A stretch of DNA of 64,000 nucleotides, taken from an uncultured virus (IMG/VR IMGVR_UViG_3300030061_001589) (taxonomy: Duplodnaviria > Heunggongvirae > Uroviricota > Caudoviricetes). Below are positions 18,632-28,255 of the stretch, one piece after another (within the stretch, counting starts at the first letter, position 1; each line of letters begins with the position of its first letter). The translations under genes were made by a program, and so were the position numbers. Below the pieces are notes generated by a model. It did not search any database. It was not told the origin of the DNA and saw only the letters and a program-made list of their open reading frames with translations. The stretch is from the IMG/VR virus record IMGVR_UViG_3300030061_001589. One strand, given 5' to 3'.

Positions 18632-19030
18632 ATGAGTGCTAATAACAAAAGGGTCAGACGTATTATCGTGGACATTTTGTGGGAATATGGTGCTATGACG
18701 AAAGAGGGGATGGCTGCTATGTTAAGTAAAACCAAAAACATTAGAACCGTTCCTTCACCGCACAGTCTTTCGGCTTTGTTAAGTAAGAACCCACAGATTG
18801 TACAGGTAGGCTCTACTAAAGTAGAGAATGCAATAGGCACATCAGCAAATCATTTAGTATATGACATTAACAGAAAAATAATACACACAAAGGAAGATAT
18901 TATGCTTACAAGAAGTCCAACAGTTATGACTCCTGCACAGATGCAAGAAGCACAACAATGTTCTTGTGGTAAGATAAGAATATTTCCCCCAAATGAAACT
19001 AAATGTTTGCATTGTGTTAGGAAAGTATAA
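18632..19030 (+). CDS. Winged-helix protein with C-terminal zinc ribbon
   Basis: IVDILWEYGAMT...SLSALLSKNP; CSCG...CLHC; TTTATAA 31 nt upstream. Confidence 0.7.
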   Translation: MSANNKRVRRIIVDILWEYGAMTKEGMAAMLSKTKNIRTVPSPHSLSALLSKNPQIVQVGSTKVENAIGTSANHLVYDINRKIIHTKEDIMLTRSPTVMTPAQMQEAQQCSCGKIRIFPPNETKCLHCVRKV

Positions 19031-19048
19031 TAATAAAACACTAGAGGT

Positions 19049-19423
19049 ATGACTATGCAGGGAATAGAAATGGATGACTTATCCACTATCATAGCAAGTG
19101 TCTTTAATGTTGAGAAACCGATAGATTTAGGGGAAATATTAACTGCACCAAATATGAACGAGGCTCAATACATGAGGTTTGTTCTTTGTCTCGCTACCGA
19201 TGTAGATTACGAATTAGGAGATGACGAAGTAATAGATGATATGATTACTACTCTTCCCGAAAAAGTAAGTACAGAATACCTAAAAGGTATTATGGTAGGA
19301 TTACTTTTATCCCTAGAAGCAGAAGCGAGAACAGGCGGCCAATTAGGTTTCAGACCTGCACACGCAGAAATTATGAGTTTATTCCAATCAGCAGAAGCAT
19401 TGATTTACGAAAGACAGGTGTAA
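19049..19423 (+). CDS. Hypothetical acidic helical protein
   Basis: GAGGT RBS. Confidence 0.7.
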   Translation: MTMQGIEMDDLSTIIASVFNVEKPIDLGEILTAPNMNEAQYMRFVLCLATDVDYELGDDEVIDDMITTLPEKVSTEYLKGIMVGLLLSLEAEARTGGQLGFRPAHAEIMSLFQSAEALIYERQV

Positions 19424-19482
19424 ATATGACGCTTAAGACACACAGCATAAAGTATATAACCGTAGAAAAATGAGGTATTAAT

Positions 19483-19635
19483 ATGGGAGAAACAGATGAC
19501 TGCGACCCTAGACACCATGAGTTTGACTTTGTTAGAATCAAGGGTGATAGTAGGGGAGACAGGATGTTAGTATATTGTACTTGTAGAATATGTGGAATGC
19601 AAACAGCATTACACGGTACTATAGGTCTTTATTAA
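19483..19635 (+). CDS. Small zinc-ribbon-like protein, 50 aa (not in ORF track)
   Basis: MGETDDCDPRHHEF...CTCRICG; follows a combined class B/C promoter. Confidence 0.7.
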   Translation: MGETDDCDPRHHEFDFVRIKGDSRGDRMLVYCTCRICGMQTALHGTIGLY

Positions 19636-19822
19636 ATCTCAAGTTGGCGAGGTTAGTTAAACAGGTCTAACCCAAAACCATAACCGATATGCACAGAAGT
19701 AAAAGGGTCGGAGAGAGATTAGATTGCAGCACCCAAGCCATTCTGATAAAATGGAATAAAGATACTTACATAGAGCATTAACAAGTTGGATAAGCCAATA
19801 AAAAAAATTAAGGGGAAATACT

Positions 19823-20713
19823 ATGACAATATGGGCTACTGAATACAGACCTACACTTAGTGAGATAGTAGGCCAAAACGAAGTTATTAATCAGATAACT
19901 TCTTTACAACACTTTATCTTTTATAGTCCACAAGCAGGTACAGGTAAAACAAGTCTTGCTTTGGCTATGGCTAAGGTGTTCGATTGGCCTATTCATGTAT
20001 TCAACGCTAGTAGTAAAAAGACTAGGGGTATTGACTTTGTAGAAGAAGAGTTATTACCCATGTCTAGGACAGGCAACCCAAACCAATTCTTTTTACTTGA
20101 TGAGGCAGACCAATTGACACCTGCCGCACAATCAGCATTAAAGGGTGTTATAGAAAACTCACAGGGTTATTTTATCCTTACTTGTAATGATTTGAGTAAG
20201 GTTAGTAAGTGGCTACAGTCTAGGTGTAGAGTTTTGAGGTTCAATCCTATTTCTAAGGAACACATAGTAAAAAGATTATCTATGATAGCAGGTAAAACAG
20301 GTACGGTTATTACAGAAGGTCAATTAAATCTGATTGCTGATGCACATGAAGGAGACTTAAGGAATAGTATCAATGCTTTACAGGCATTTTCTGTTCACCC
20401 CGAACCGGAAGGGTTCATTAACGGCCTTGTTTCACAAGGTCTTGACGCTAAACATTTTCTTACTTTATGTTTCCGAGAGAATGATTATAATTTAGCCTTA
20501 AAAGAAACATACGGAATACCACCTAGAGAAGTGGTAAAAACAGTATTCGACTACGCTATTACATCTACCGCAAAAGTAGATAGTATAATGCGTATCGTAG
20601 ATGCCGCAGCAATAACCGAAAGGGATTTGATACACGGTGTCGAGGAAAATATAGCCATAGCAAACTTTGTCCGTTTGTGCATGGAAGGATATACAAAAAC
20701 TTTATATCCGTAA
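19823..20713 (+). CDS. rfcS: Replication factor C small subunit (clamp loader)
   Basis: WATEYRP, IVGQ, GTGKTS, NAS, LDEAD, AQSAL, SRC and GDLR motifs. Confidence 0.93.
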   Translation: MTIWATEYRPTLSEIVGQNEVINQITSLQHFIFYSPQAGTGKTSLALAMAKVFDWPIHVFNASSKKTRGIDFVEEELLPMSRTGNPNQFFLLDEADQLTPAAQSALKGVIENSQGYFILTCNDLSKVSKWLQSRCRVLRFNPISKEHIVKRLSMIAGKTGTVITEGQLNLIADAHEGDLRNSINALQAFSVHPEPEGFINGLVSQGLDAKHFLTLCFRENDYNLALKETYGIPPREVVKTVFDYAITSTAKVDSIMRIVDAAAITERDLIHGVEENIAIANFVRLCMEGYTKTLYP

Positions 20714-20750
20714 GAAAATAGGACTAGAATTACAACAAGAGGAAACCAAT

Positions 20751-21935
20751 ATGGATGACACGATGATTAATAACGTAGCAAAAACAGTAAATGTGGCCGC
20801 AGACACCCTGCGTAGTAAGGCTGAATCAGTCTTAGCAGAACAGGGTGCGGCTTGGAAAAACGCAGGTAAGTCTGATGACGACTGCGGTATTCTTGCACTA
20901 AGAGTAGCAGCAAGAATGATTAGTACGGAAAATGCGAGACTGTCTCGTTCCGGTGCAACAAAGTATGAAGGTATGTTTATTTCAGTACCACGCCCTAAAG
21001 AATGGGGTAAAATACTATACAATAAAATGTCCGGTCAATTAAAGACTGCTACAGAAGATGTAAGAAACGTATTGGTTGAATCCGGTGCGGTTGTTCTCTT
21101 TGAGAATAACCATGATGGTACTTATACTAGACACGCTAGAGAAGATTTCTACGGTGTAGAGACTGCTGACGTATCAGAATTACCACGACATACACAAAAA
21201 CTAGATGAGAATACACACTTCTTCGTAGTATGGGATAAGAACAATAAGACTTTCCCATCCGGTGATGCTAACTTTAAGTATGGCCGACCTAGACCACAAG
21301 ACGAAAGAGAAAGGACTATGTTATTCTTAGGCCGCAAACAAGGTACTACTGATGAAGTAAAACCACTTACTGTTAAGGCAACACAAAAAGGTGCAGATGT
21401 ACAGTACCCTACCTTTACAACAGGTACTATCGCATTAAGACCTGCCGCTAACGGCACTACTGCTTACGCTAAAGACGGAGTTTCAGTCTTTGAGTCTGAC
21501 GCATCATTATCAAGTATCTTTTCAGCAGACCCATTGACACTTGTACCACAGATTATCGGTCAAGAGAATATGATTTCGGGCTTAGATAAACTAGGTCAAT
21601 ACTACGACACCCATAACGGAAATGCAGGTTGGTGGGATAGAACCCTCGCTACTGTAGCAGAAGTTATACACATAGACCCTAGAGATAATGGCGGATATGT
21701 TTTAGTATGTGCTGATTTAGATATTGCTTCTACGGCAGCCACCGTAGATGTTTACATTCCAAGTGAACAAGATTCACTTGTGGACTTCGCTGTTGGTACT
21801 AAGGTACTACTTCATGGACAGGCATGGCGAACAAAAGAAGGAGAAGATAGAATGTCTATCTCCGGTTGGTATGCCTTTGACAGAATAGCAGTCATGGATG
21901 AAGTAGTTTCTACTAACGATGGGTGGGATGAGTGA
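20751..21935 (+). CDS. Putative RPA-like ssDNA-binding (OB-fold) protein
   Basis: Beta-rich OB-like C-terminal half, acidic aromatic tail NDGWDE, replication-operon context. Confidence 0.5.
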   Translation: MDDTMINNVAKTVNVAADTLRSKAESVLAEQGAAWKNAGKSDDDCGILALRVAARMISTENARLSRSGATKYEGMFISVPRPKEWGKILYNKMSGQLKTATEDVRNVLVESGAVVLFENNHDGTYTRHAREDFYGVETADVSELPRHTQKLDENTHFFVVWDKNNKTFPSGDANFKYGRPRPQDERERTMLFLGRKQGTTDEVKPLTVKATQKGADVQYPTFTTGTIALRPAANGTTAYAKDGVSVFESDASLSSIFSADPLTLVPQIIGQENMISGLDKLGQYYDTHNGNAGWWDRTLATVAEVIHIDPRDNGGYVLVCADLDIASTAATVDVYIPSEQDSLVDFAVGTKVLLHGQAWRTKEGEDRMSISGWYAFDRIAVMDEVVSTNDGWDE

Positions 21936-22150
21936 AGGCTTTAGGTCATTACGTCTTTCTCCATAACACCATACAGGAAACTGTCGGTGGACTCATTCTT
22001 GAAGGTCATCTACAAGTCCTATCCGTAGGCGGTTTAGTACCTCTTGTAATAGAAGAGGGCTATTCCGTCATGGTGGATGAGACAAAGGTTATTCCTTTTG
22101 ACAATGAAGTTAGTGCTATACATTGGGAACACATATTAGGATATTATTGA
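21932..22150 (+). CDS. groES: Divergent short co-chaperonin
   Basis: MKALGHYV...ETVGGLIL...VLSVG...HILG; directly upstream of groEL. Confidence 0.75.
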   Translation: MKALGHYVFLHNTIQETVGGLILEGHLQVLSVGGLVPLVIEEGYSVMVDETKVIPFDNEVSAIHWEHILGYY

Positions 22151-22159
22151 GGTATAAAT

Positions 22160-23674
22160 ATGGAAAATATATTACATGGAGAAGAAGCGAGAGACAAATT
22201 ACTCTTAGGGGTAAACAAAGTCGCTAATGCAATCAAAGGCACACTAGGTGCTAATGCAGGTACAGTAATAATACAGAACCCTGCGGGACTACCCTTAATT
22301 CTTAATGATGGTGTATCTATCACTAAGTCTATTACCGACCCCGACCCTTATATTCAGATGGGAATTAATCTCATGCAAGAAGTGGCTCACGAAGCACAAA
22401 GTAAATCGGGAGATGGTACTACTACTGCTACTATCTTAGCACAGGCATTATGTAATACAATGGCTGATGATGATACAGATAATATTAAGATAAAAGAAAC
22501 TCTTAGTAATATGTGTAAGTTTATAGTAGATGAATTAAAAGACATGGCTACTGATGTTAATGACGATGACTTACTAGATGTATGTATTGTCGCATCTAAT
22601 AATGATTTAGAGTTAGGTAGATTGATACACGAAGCACTTTTGGCTGTAGGCGAAGAGGGTAATGTGATAATAGAAACCAATTCCGATAACACTACTACAT
22701 GGTCTTTGACCGAAGGACTTGTTATGGATAGTGGGTATGTAAACAAACTAATGGCTAATACAGATAGAGAGAAGTGCATTTATGACAATGCCTCTATACT
22801 TTTAACACAAGAGAAAATAGATACTTTCAATCATATAGTACCTGCACTAGAATTATCTATGAAAGCAGGTAAACCTTTAGTGGTAGTTTGTCAAGATTAT
22901 AACCCAAGCATACTACCTAACTTACTTGTTAATATTATGCAAGGTAAATTAAATGTCTGTATAGTTAAGACGGCAGGTTTTGGTGATACTCAAGACCATT
23001 GGCTAAAAGATATAGAGGCAAAATGTGGTGGTAAAGTATTCAATTCATTTGACAGTATTATTACGGTAAAAGAACATGAGTTAGGTGTGTGTGATAAAGT
23101 AGAGATAACTTCTACTACATCTACATTCATTAAGGATGGGGTAGATGAGGATTACATAGGTAATCTTACCTCAATACTAACTCAAGTAAAAACAGATTTT
23201 GAGCGAGAGATAGTAGAGAATAGGATTGCTAGACTTACTTCCGGTATTGCATCTATCAAGGTAGGTGGGATTACTGACATAGAACAAAGAGAACGTAGGG
23301 AACGTGTAGACGATGCTGTCAATGCCGCTATTCTTGCTAGAAAACAAGGGATAGTATGCGGTGGTGGCGTAGCACTTAAGGATATTTGGTGGAAAACTCA
23401 TCAGACTGTTGATGAGGTGGATGGTATAAAGTATTTTGATGCTATTCTAGCACCTATGAAACAGATTTTATCTAATAGTGGTAGGATAGAAGATAACTAC
23501 GACTTTAAGGATAAAAACATGGGTTGGAACGCAGTTTCAAGAAAGACTCAAAACTTGAGATTCAATGGTATTATTGACCCTGTTGGCGTAAGTATCAACG
23601 CTGTTGAATCCGCTTTCTCTATCGCTATACTACTACTTACTACTGATTGTGCTATAATTGCACCACAGGAGTAA
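22160..23674 (+). CDS. groEL: Group I chaperonin
   Basis: TLG, NDGVSI, GDGTTTAT, GFGD, RIARL, IKVGG, VDDAVNA, GGGVAL and GIIDP motifs. Confidence 0.95.
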   Translation: MENILHGEEARDKLLLGVNKVANAIKGTLGANAGTVIIQNPAGLPLILNDGVSITKSITDPDPYIQMGINLMQEVAHEAQSKSGDGTTTATILAQALCNTMADDDTDNIKIKETLSNMCKFIVDELKDMATDVNDDDLLDVCIVASNNDLELGRLIHEALLAVGEEGNVIIETNSDNTTTWSLTEGLVMDSGYVNKLMANTDREKCIYDNASILLTQEKIDTFNHIVPALELSMKAGKPLVVVCQDYNPSILPNLLVNIMQGKLNVCIVKTAGFGDTQDHWLKDIEAKCGGKVFNSFDSIITVKEHELGVCDKVEITSTTSTFIKDGVDEDYIGNLTSILTQVKTDFEREIVENRIARLTSGIASIKVGGITDIEQRERRERVDDAVNAAILARKQGIVCGGGVALKDIWWKTHQTVDEVDGIKYFDAILAPMKQILSNSGRIEDNYDFKDKNMGWNAVSRKTQNLRFNGIIDPVGVSINAVESAFSIAILLLTTDCAIIAPQE

Positions 23675-23706
23675 ACTATATAACCGTAAGAAAATGAGGT
23701 ATTAAT

Positions 23707-24651
23707 ATGACATGGGGTACACAAGCACCACAAGCAACTAAGACGACAGAAGCACCACAAGGAGTGGTGTATAACGAAGAATACTACCGTAATATCTTTA
23801 AGAATAACAAATCACAATCTGTTGATTTGCGTATGGGATTGGTAGGTTGGGAAAACACCGCTAAGACAGGACTAGCACTATCTATGATGGATGCAGAAAT
23901 CAAAGCAGGTAAAAAGGTAGCAGTATTTGATGTAGATAATTCAGCAAAATCTACCGTAGATTATATCTATCCCGATGCAGAAAACATTATGGTAATACCA
24001 CTACACGATGAAACAGATGATTCTATCTTTGATACAGATAACAACGTAGATTACAAAGCATTGGTTGATAAGACTAATTGGTTTGTAAACATTCTAGCAG
24101 AAGAGGTAGCAGCCAACCCCGATGATTGGGCGGGTGTAGTATTCGATGGTGGTTCAACATTCCTAAAATGGTGTGAACACGCTATGAGAGCATCACTACT
24201 AAGTCGTGGTATCATTGAAACAGAAGATGGTACTTTTAACCAAAAAGAATGGCGAGAACGTAATCGTATGAACAGAAATGTTCTGACTAGGATTCACGCT
24301 TTGCCTGTACCCAAAGTATTCTTTACCTTCCACCTAAAACCTGTACAGCAGTATATGGATGACGGCACAGGTAAAAAGGTACTAATGACAGTCGGTGATA
24401 GACCCGATTGGGATAAAGGTACTATGCGTAAGTTTTCGCAACAGATTTTCCTAAATAGATACATGAAAAAGGCAGACGTAGCCGCAGGTGTTAAGGGTGA
24501 TAAAACCTTAGCCGATGGTGAGTGGGCTATCAAAGGTACTATTGAGGAAATGAAAGGTAAGAACATGGAGTATGTAGGTACAACACATACTATTTTGACG
24601 GTGAAAAGCGGGAAGGTAGAGTGGACAGGGCTACCTTTCTTAAATGAGTGA
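23707..24651 (+). CDS. RecA-superfamily ATPase (Sak4/AAA_24-like)
   Basis: GWENTAKT Walker A variant, VFDVD, VVFDG Walker B, FTFH. Confidence 0.7.
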   Translation: MTWGTQAPQATKTTEAPQGVVYNEEYYRNIFKNNKSQSVDLRMGLVGWENTAKTGLALSMMDAEIKAGKKVAVFDVDNSAKSTVDYIYPDAENIMVIPLHDETDDSIFDTDNNVDYKALVDKTNWFVNILAEEVAANPDDWAGVVFDGGSTFLKWCEHAMRASLLSRGIIETEDGTFNQKEWRERNRMNRNVLTRIHALPVPKVFFTFHLKPVQQYMDDGTGKKVLMTVGDRPDWDKGTMRKFSQQIFLNRYMKKADVAAGVKGDKTLADGEWAIKGTIEEMKGKNMEYVGTTHTILTVKSGKVEWTGLPFLNE

Positions 24652-24660
24652 GGCGATAAT

Positions 24661-25488
24661 ATGCAATCTATCGTAGATACACAATCATTGATATGGTTGC
24701 TAAAGTGTACACAACGTAGACAAACCATTTCCGGTAAAAATATACCACAAGTTTCGGCTTGTATGTTGAATGCCGTAGGTGGTAGAATGTCTACTTGTTC
24801 TCTCACTAAAGATGGTGTATCATCTGTAGGTATCTTCTCGATACCATCTACAGGAGAAGCCAAAATACCTGTTAGCGACATAGAGACTATGTTGGGAATA
24901 CTAAAGTATCATGGAAATGCTTTGACCTTAACTTATGATAATGATAAGTTAAAACTAAAGTCTAAGTACAAGCAAACAACGCTTACTGCTTCCGAGAATG
25001 CTTTGGCTTTCCCACATAGTCCTACCACATTAAATGAGTGGTCTAATACATCAATAACATTTGCCGCAAAACTAAATGTAGGTAATGAAATAGGATATAC
25101 TATGAATGATGGTAGTATCTTACAACCTGCTTGTTCTTGGGAATCGGTAGATGCAGTACGTTTATTTGAAGCAGTTAGATGTGATGAAATGAACGGACAA
25201 AAATTGAACACATTCACTTTTAAGGGAGATGAAAACGGACTTAGTGTTGTCGTTGGTAAGGAATTAAAAGGTAGAACAGAATATGAGTTAGATAGGAGAA
25301 GCACTCAATGGCCTTTCATGGCTACCTATCAAGGTGGATTCAATAATCTATTTGCTAACATTAACGGTAAAATAAACTTATACTTTTTTGATTTCACACA
25401 ATGGGAACAAGGCGTTAAATTGCTTATAACTTTAGGTGATGGCGACTTTATTTTCCAATCAGCACTACTAGGAGATGAATATATATGA
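24661..25488 (+). CDS. Divergent PCNA-like sliding clamp
   Basis: 275 aa with repeated beta-alpha-beta-beta-beta pattern; RFC and PolB in the same block. Confidence 0.6.
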   Translation: MQSIVDTQSLIWLLKCTQRRQTISGKNIPQVSACMLNAVGGRMSTCSLTKDGVSSVGIFSIPSTGEAKIPVSDIETMLGILKYHGNALTLTYDNDKLKLKSKYKQTTLTASENALAFPHSPTTLNEWSNTSITFAAKLNVGNEIGYTMNDGSILQPACSWESVDAVRLFEAVRCDEMNGQKLNTFTFKGDENGLSVVVGKELKGRTEYELDRRSTQWPFMATYQGGFNNLFANINGKINLYFFDFTQWEQGVKLLITLGDGDFIFQSALLGDEYI

Positions 25489-25829
25489 TAATGAATACAG
25501 AAGTAATAGCGACACCAACAGACACTAACGTAGATAACCCTACTTTCTATACGATAAAGGATTTTATAGTACCTACTCCCTCTAATGGTGGACTAGCAAC
25601 ATTTACATTTACGGGTAAACACGGTGAAAACTTTGTTGCATCGGTAAAAGTTAGACAGGAGTTAGACCCACTCTACAGGGATGAAATATGGCTAAACAAA
25701 CAATATGTAGAGATGGAACGAAGTATGGCTGATATAGCAGACCAATTTGGTATTACACCTGCGGCCATCAATCAATGGTTAAACAAATATGATATACCTA
25801 CAAGAAGTAGAGGTAGAGGTAATGAGTAA
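25485..25829 (+). CDS. HTH DNA-binding protein
   Basis: WL...Y....RSMADIADQFGITPAAINQWL..YDIPTR. Confidence 0.8.
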   Translation: MIMNTEVIATPTDTNVDNPTFYTIKDFIVPTPSNGGLATFTFTGKHGENFVASVKVRQELDPLYRDEIWLNKQYVEMERSMADIADQFGITPAAINQWLNKYDIPTRSRGRGNE

Positions 25830-26004
25830 TTGTGAGCATTGTGGTAAACCCTTAGTACCTATTGGTACATCCCGTAAAAATGGGAAGGCTACACACAATG
25901 ATTGGGGTACTCGTAGATTACACAAGAAATGTTGGATGGAATTAAAAGATTATAACCGTAAGATTAGGTGGAATAGTTATGATAGTAGAGCAAGGCAAAG
26001 GTAG
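25822..26004 (+). CDS. Small zinc-finger protein
   Basis: CEHC...HKKC; GAGGT RBS. Confidence 0.65.
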   Translation: MSNCEHCGKPLVPIGTSRKNGKATHNDWGTRRLHKKCWMELKDYNRKIRWNSYDSRARQR

Positions 26005-28219
26005 AGAAGTCCTAGTGAGGTATAGAGATGCACAAGGAAATAGAAAAACCGAGTCAATCAAAGGCCACTATCCGTACTGTTTTATTGAGACTGATAATGC
26101 CCCTTATGTAGAAGATTGTATAAGAAAAGAAGATGGTTATACAGGTCTTTATGGGGAAGATTTAACTAAGATTGTTGTTTCGCATAACTCGGAGTTAAGG
26201 AATCTATCTTATTACGGGACAACATGGGAAGCAAACGTACCTTATGTTAATCGTGTACTTATAGATAGGCTAAAAGAAAAGGATAACAAACCCTTTGAAA
26301 ATTATAAACATAGGACTTGGTATCTTGATTGTGAATGGAGTCCCGCTACTAGCCAAATGAGAGTGATAGTTGTTTATGATAATTTTACCGAAAATGAATA
26401 TGTATGGTTTGTATGTCCTTCTATTAAAGAAGAAGGTTTGGCTGATGGCGAGCCTAAAAGGTTCGATACATACGGTGATTACGAATACCCTACCCCTGCA
26501 CTCGGATTTGGTAGTGAAAGGGATATGCTTATTCATTTCCTGCGACACATGAAGAAACAAGACCCCGATATTATTACAGGTTGGTATGTCGTTGGGGCTG
26601 ACATTAGAACAATAGTCGAGAGAAGTAGGGCTTGCGGTCTTAATCCCGCCACACTATCTCCTATGAGAAGAATTAGATATAAGTTTGGTGATTGGGAACA
26701 ACCAATAGTAGGTAGAAACTGTATAGATTTAATGATAGCATTCTCTAAGATATGGGAATTGAAAAACGGTAAATTACCTTCTTACAAATTAGATGATGTT
26801 GCTAGTGAGGTTTTAGGGGAAAAGAAAGTAGAGTTGCCCGATGGACACGATACTTACTTTTCAGACCTACCTTTGTATGTACATTATTGTAGACAAGACG
26901 TAAGATTACTACCTAGACTTGACTCAAAAGTAAATGCTTTAGATTACTATACTGCTTTACAGCACGTTGTTCAATGCGATTTACGTTCCACACCTTTTAT
27001 TACCAAGATGTTTACAAGTCTAGCATTAAAGGATGAGAAGTTTGATAAGAGAATACCTACACAACCACAGTTTCCTTATACGCCTTATGACGGGGCTAAT
27101 GTGTTAGAGCCGGAAACAGGTGTGTATGAAAACGTAGGTATCTTAGACATAAAGGCTATGTATCACAGCAACGTACACAAGTATGGTATATCATGGGACA
27201 CGCTAGACCCCGAAGGTGAGGATTGTGGTAATGGTAGTAAGTTTAACGTAAAAGAAAAAGGATTACTTTGTAGATTAATGGATGATATGACTTATCTAAG
27301 GAATGAAAACAAACTTAAAATGCTTATGAGTGATACTGTAGAACAGAAAAACAAATGGGATATTATGCAATTTGCTTGTAAGTCATTAGTAGCATCTATG
27401 TATGGTGTAGCGGGTGATTCTAAGTACGGCTTTTATCACCCCGAAGTAGCATCTGCTATCACATATACATCAAGGAATACTCTTGAGGAATTAATGTATC
27501 ACGCTGAAAACGTAGGCTTCAAAGTTTACTATGGACATACTGATTCTATATTCTGTAATATACCTAACCCCGAAGAGGGTATGAAGGCACTAAAGATATT
27601 CAATGAAGAAATGTCTCCAATAGAAACCGAGTTTGAGAAGTGGTGTCCTAGTATGTTGATTATGGCTAAGAATAGATATGCCGGAAAAGTAAGTTGGACT
27701 GATGGTTCTTATCACGACCCCAAAACTTATGTTAAGGGAATAGAATTAAAACAATCAAGGATGCCTAGTGTAATGAAATTGTGTATGAATACAGTTATTG
27801 ATGGTATATTGGATGGTACAGACCAAAAACAAATCACACAAAGTATATCCTCTCTTGTTGATGATGTAGTTAAGGGAAAAGTAGACCCTTCCGACCTATG
27901 TATGAAGGGTAAACTAGAGAGAAACCTAGATGATTATAAGGTATTATCGGGTTCTTCCGCAGGTGCGGCTTGGGCTAATGAGTTTCTAGGTAAAGGATAT
28001 AGAAAAGGTTCATTCTTCAAAGTTTCTATTGATGAGAACGGTAAATACATAGCATTTGATGACCCGTCTGATATAGAGGGTGTAGCAAAAATAGGTAATA
28101 AGATTCTCGCACAAAGATTTATCTTAAATAAAATAGAACCTTATTACAATTTAGCCCAATGGGATATTCAACCTATACATAACTCTTTAGAGGGTATGAG
28201 TGGGATGAAGTGGTTGTAG
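25979..28219 (+). CDS. polB: Family B DNA polymerase with proofreading domain
   Basis: ExoI LDCE, ExoII, YKLD, YCRQD; DIKAMYHS, KSLVASMYG, YGHTDS, KNRY and KGIE motifs. Confidence 0.97.
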   Translation: MIVEQGKGREVLVRYRDAQGNRKTESIKGHYPYCFIETDNAPYVEDCIRKEDGYTGLYGEDLTKIVVSHNSELRNLSYYGTTWEANVPYVNRVLIDRLKEKDNKPFENYKHRTWYLDCEWSPATSQMRVIVVYDNFTENEYVWFVCPSIKEEGLADGEPKRFDTYGDYEYPTPALGFGSERDMLIHFLRHMKKQDPDIITGWYVVGADIRTIVERSRACGLNPATLSPMRRIRYKFGDWEQPIVGRNCIDLMIAFSKIWELKNGKLPSYKLDDVASEVLGEKKVELPDGHDTYFSDLPLYVHYCRQDVRLLPRLDSKVNALDYYTALQHVVQCDLRSTPFITKMFTSLALKDEKFDKRIPTQPQFPYTPYDGANVLEPETGVYENVGILDIKAMYHSNVHKYGISWDTLDPEGEDCGNGSKFNVKEKGLLCRLMDDMTYLRNENKLKMLMSDTVEQKNKWDIMQFACKSLVASMYGVAGDSKYGFYHPEVASAITYTSRNTLEELMYHAENVGFKVYYGHTDSIFCNIPNPEEGMKALKIFNEEMSPIETEFEKWCPSMLIMAKNRYAGKVSWTDGSYHDPKTYVKGIELKQSRMPSVMKLCMNTVIDGILDGTDQKQITQSISSLVDDVVKGKVDPSDLCMKGKLERNLDDYKVLSGSSAGAAWANEFLGKGYRKGSFFKVSIDENGKYIAFDDPSDIEGVAKIGNKILAQRFILNKIEPYYNLAQWDIQPIHNSLEGMSGMKWL

Positions 28220-28255
28220 ATAAGTATATAACCGTAGGAAAAGGAGAGATAAATA

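Larger units (their letters stand above)
2730..19485 (+). promoter_or_regulatory. Class B promoter family: ACGCTT(A/T)AGA, TATA at +26, start at +54/55 (11 dispersed copies)
   Basis: Motif starts at 2730, 3023, 3666, 3928, 4180, 5347, 6325, 8215, 9511, 11906 (AGGCTT variant) and 19429. Confidence 0.9.

Noticed and set aside
15498..28219. Inteins or introns in the MCM-like ATPase, RFC or PolB
   Set aside because: Proteins are compact, motif spacing is normal and no splice-junction motifs were seen.
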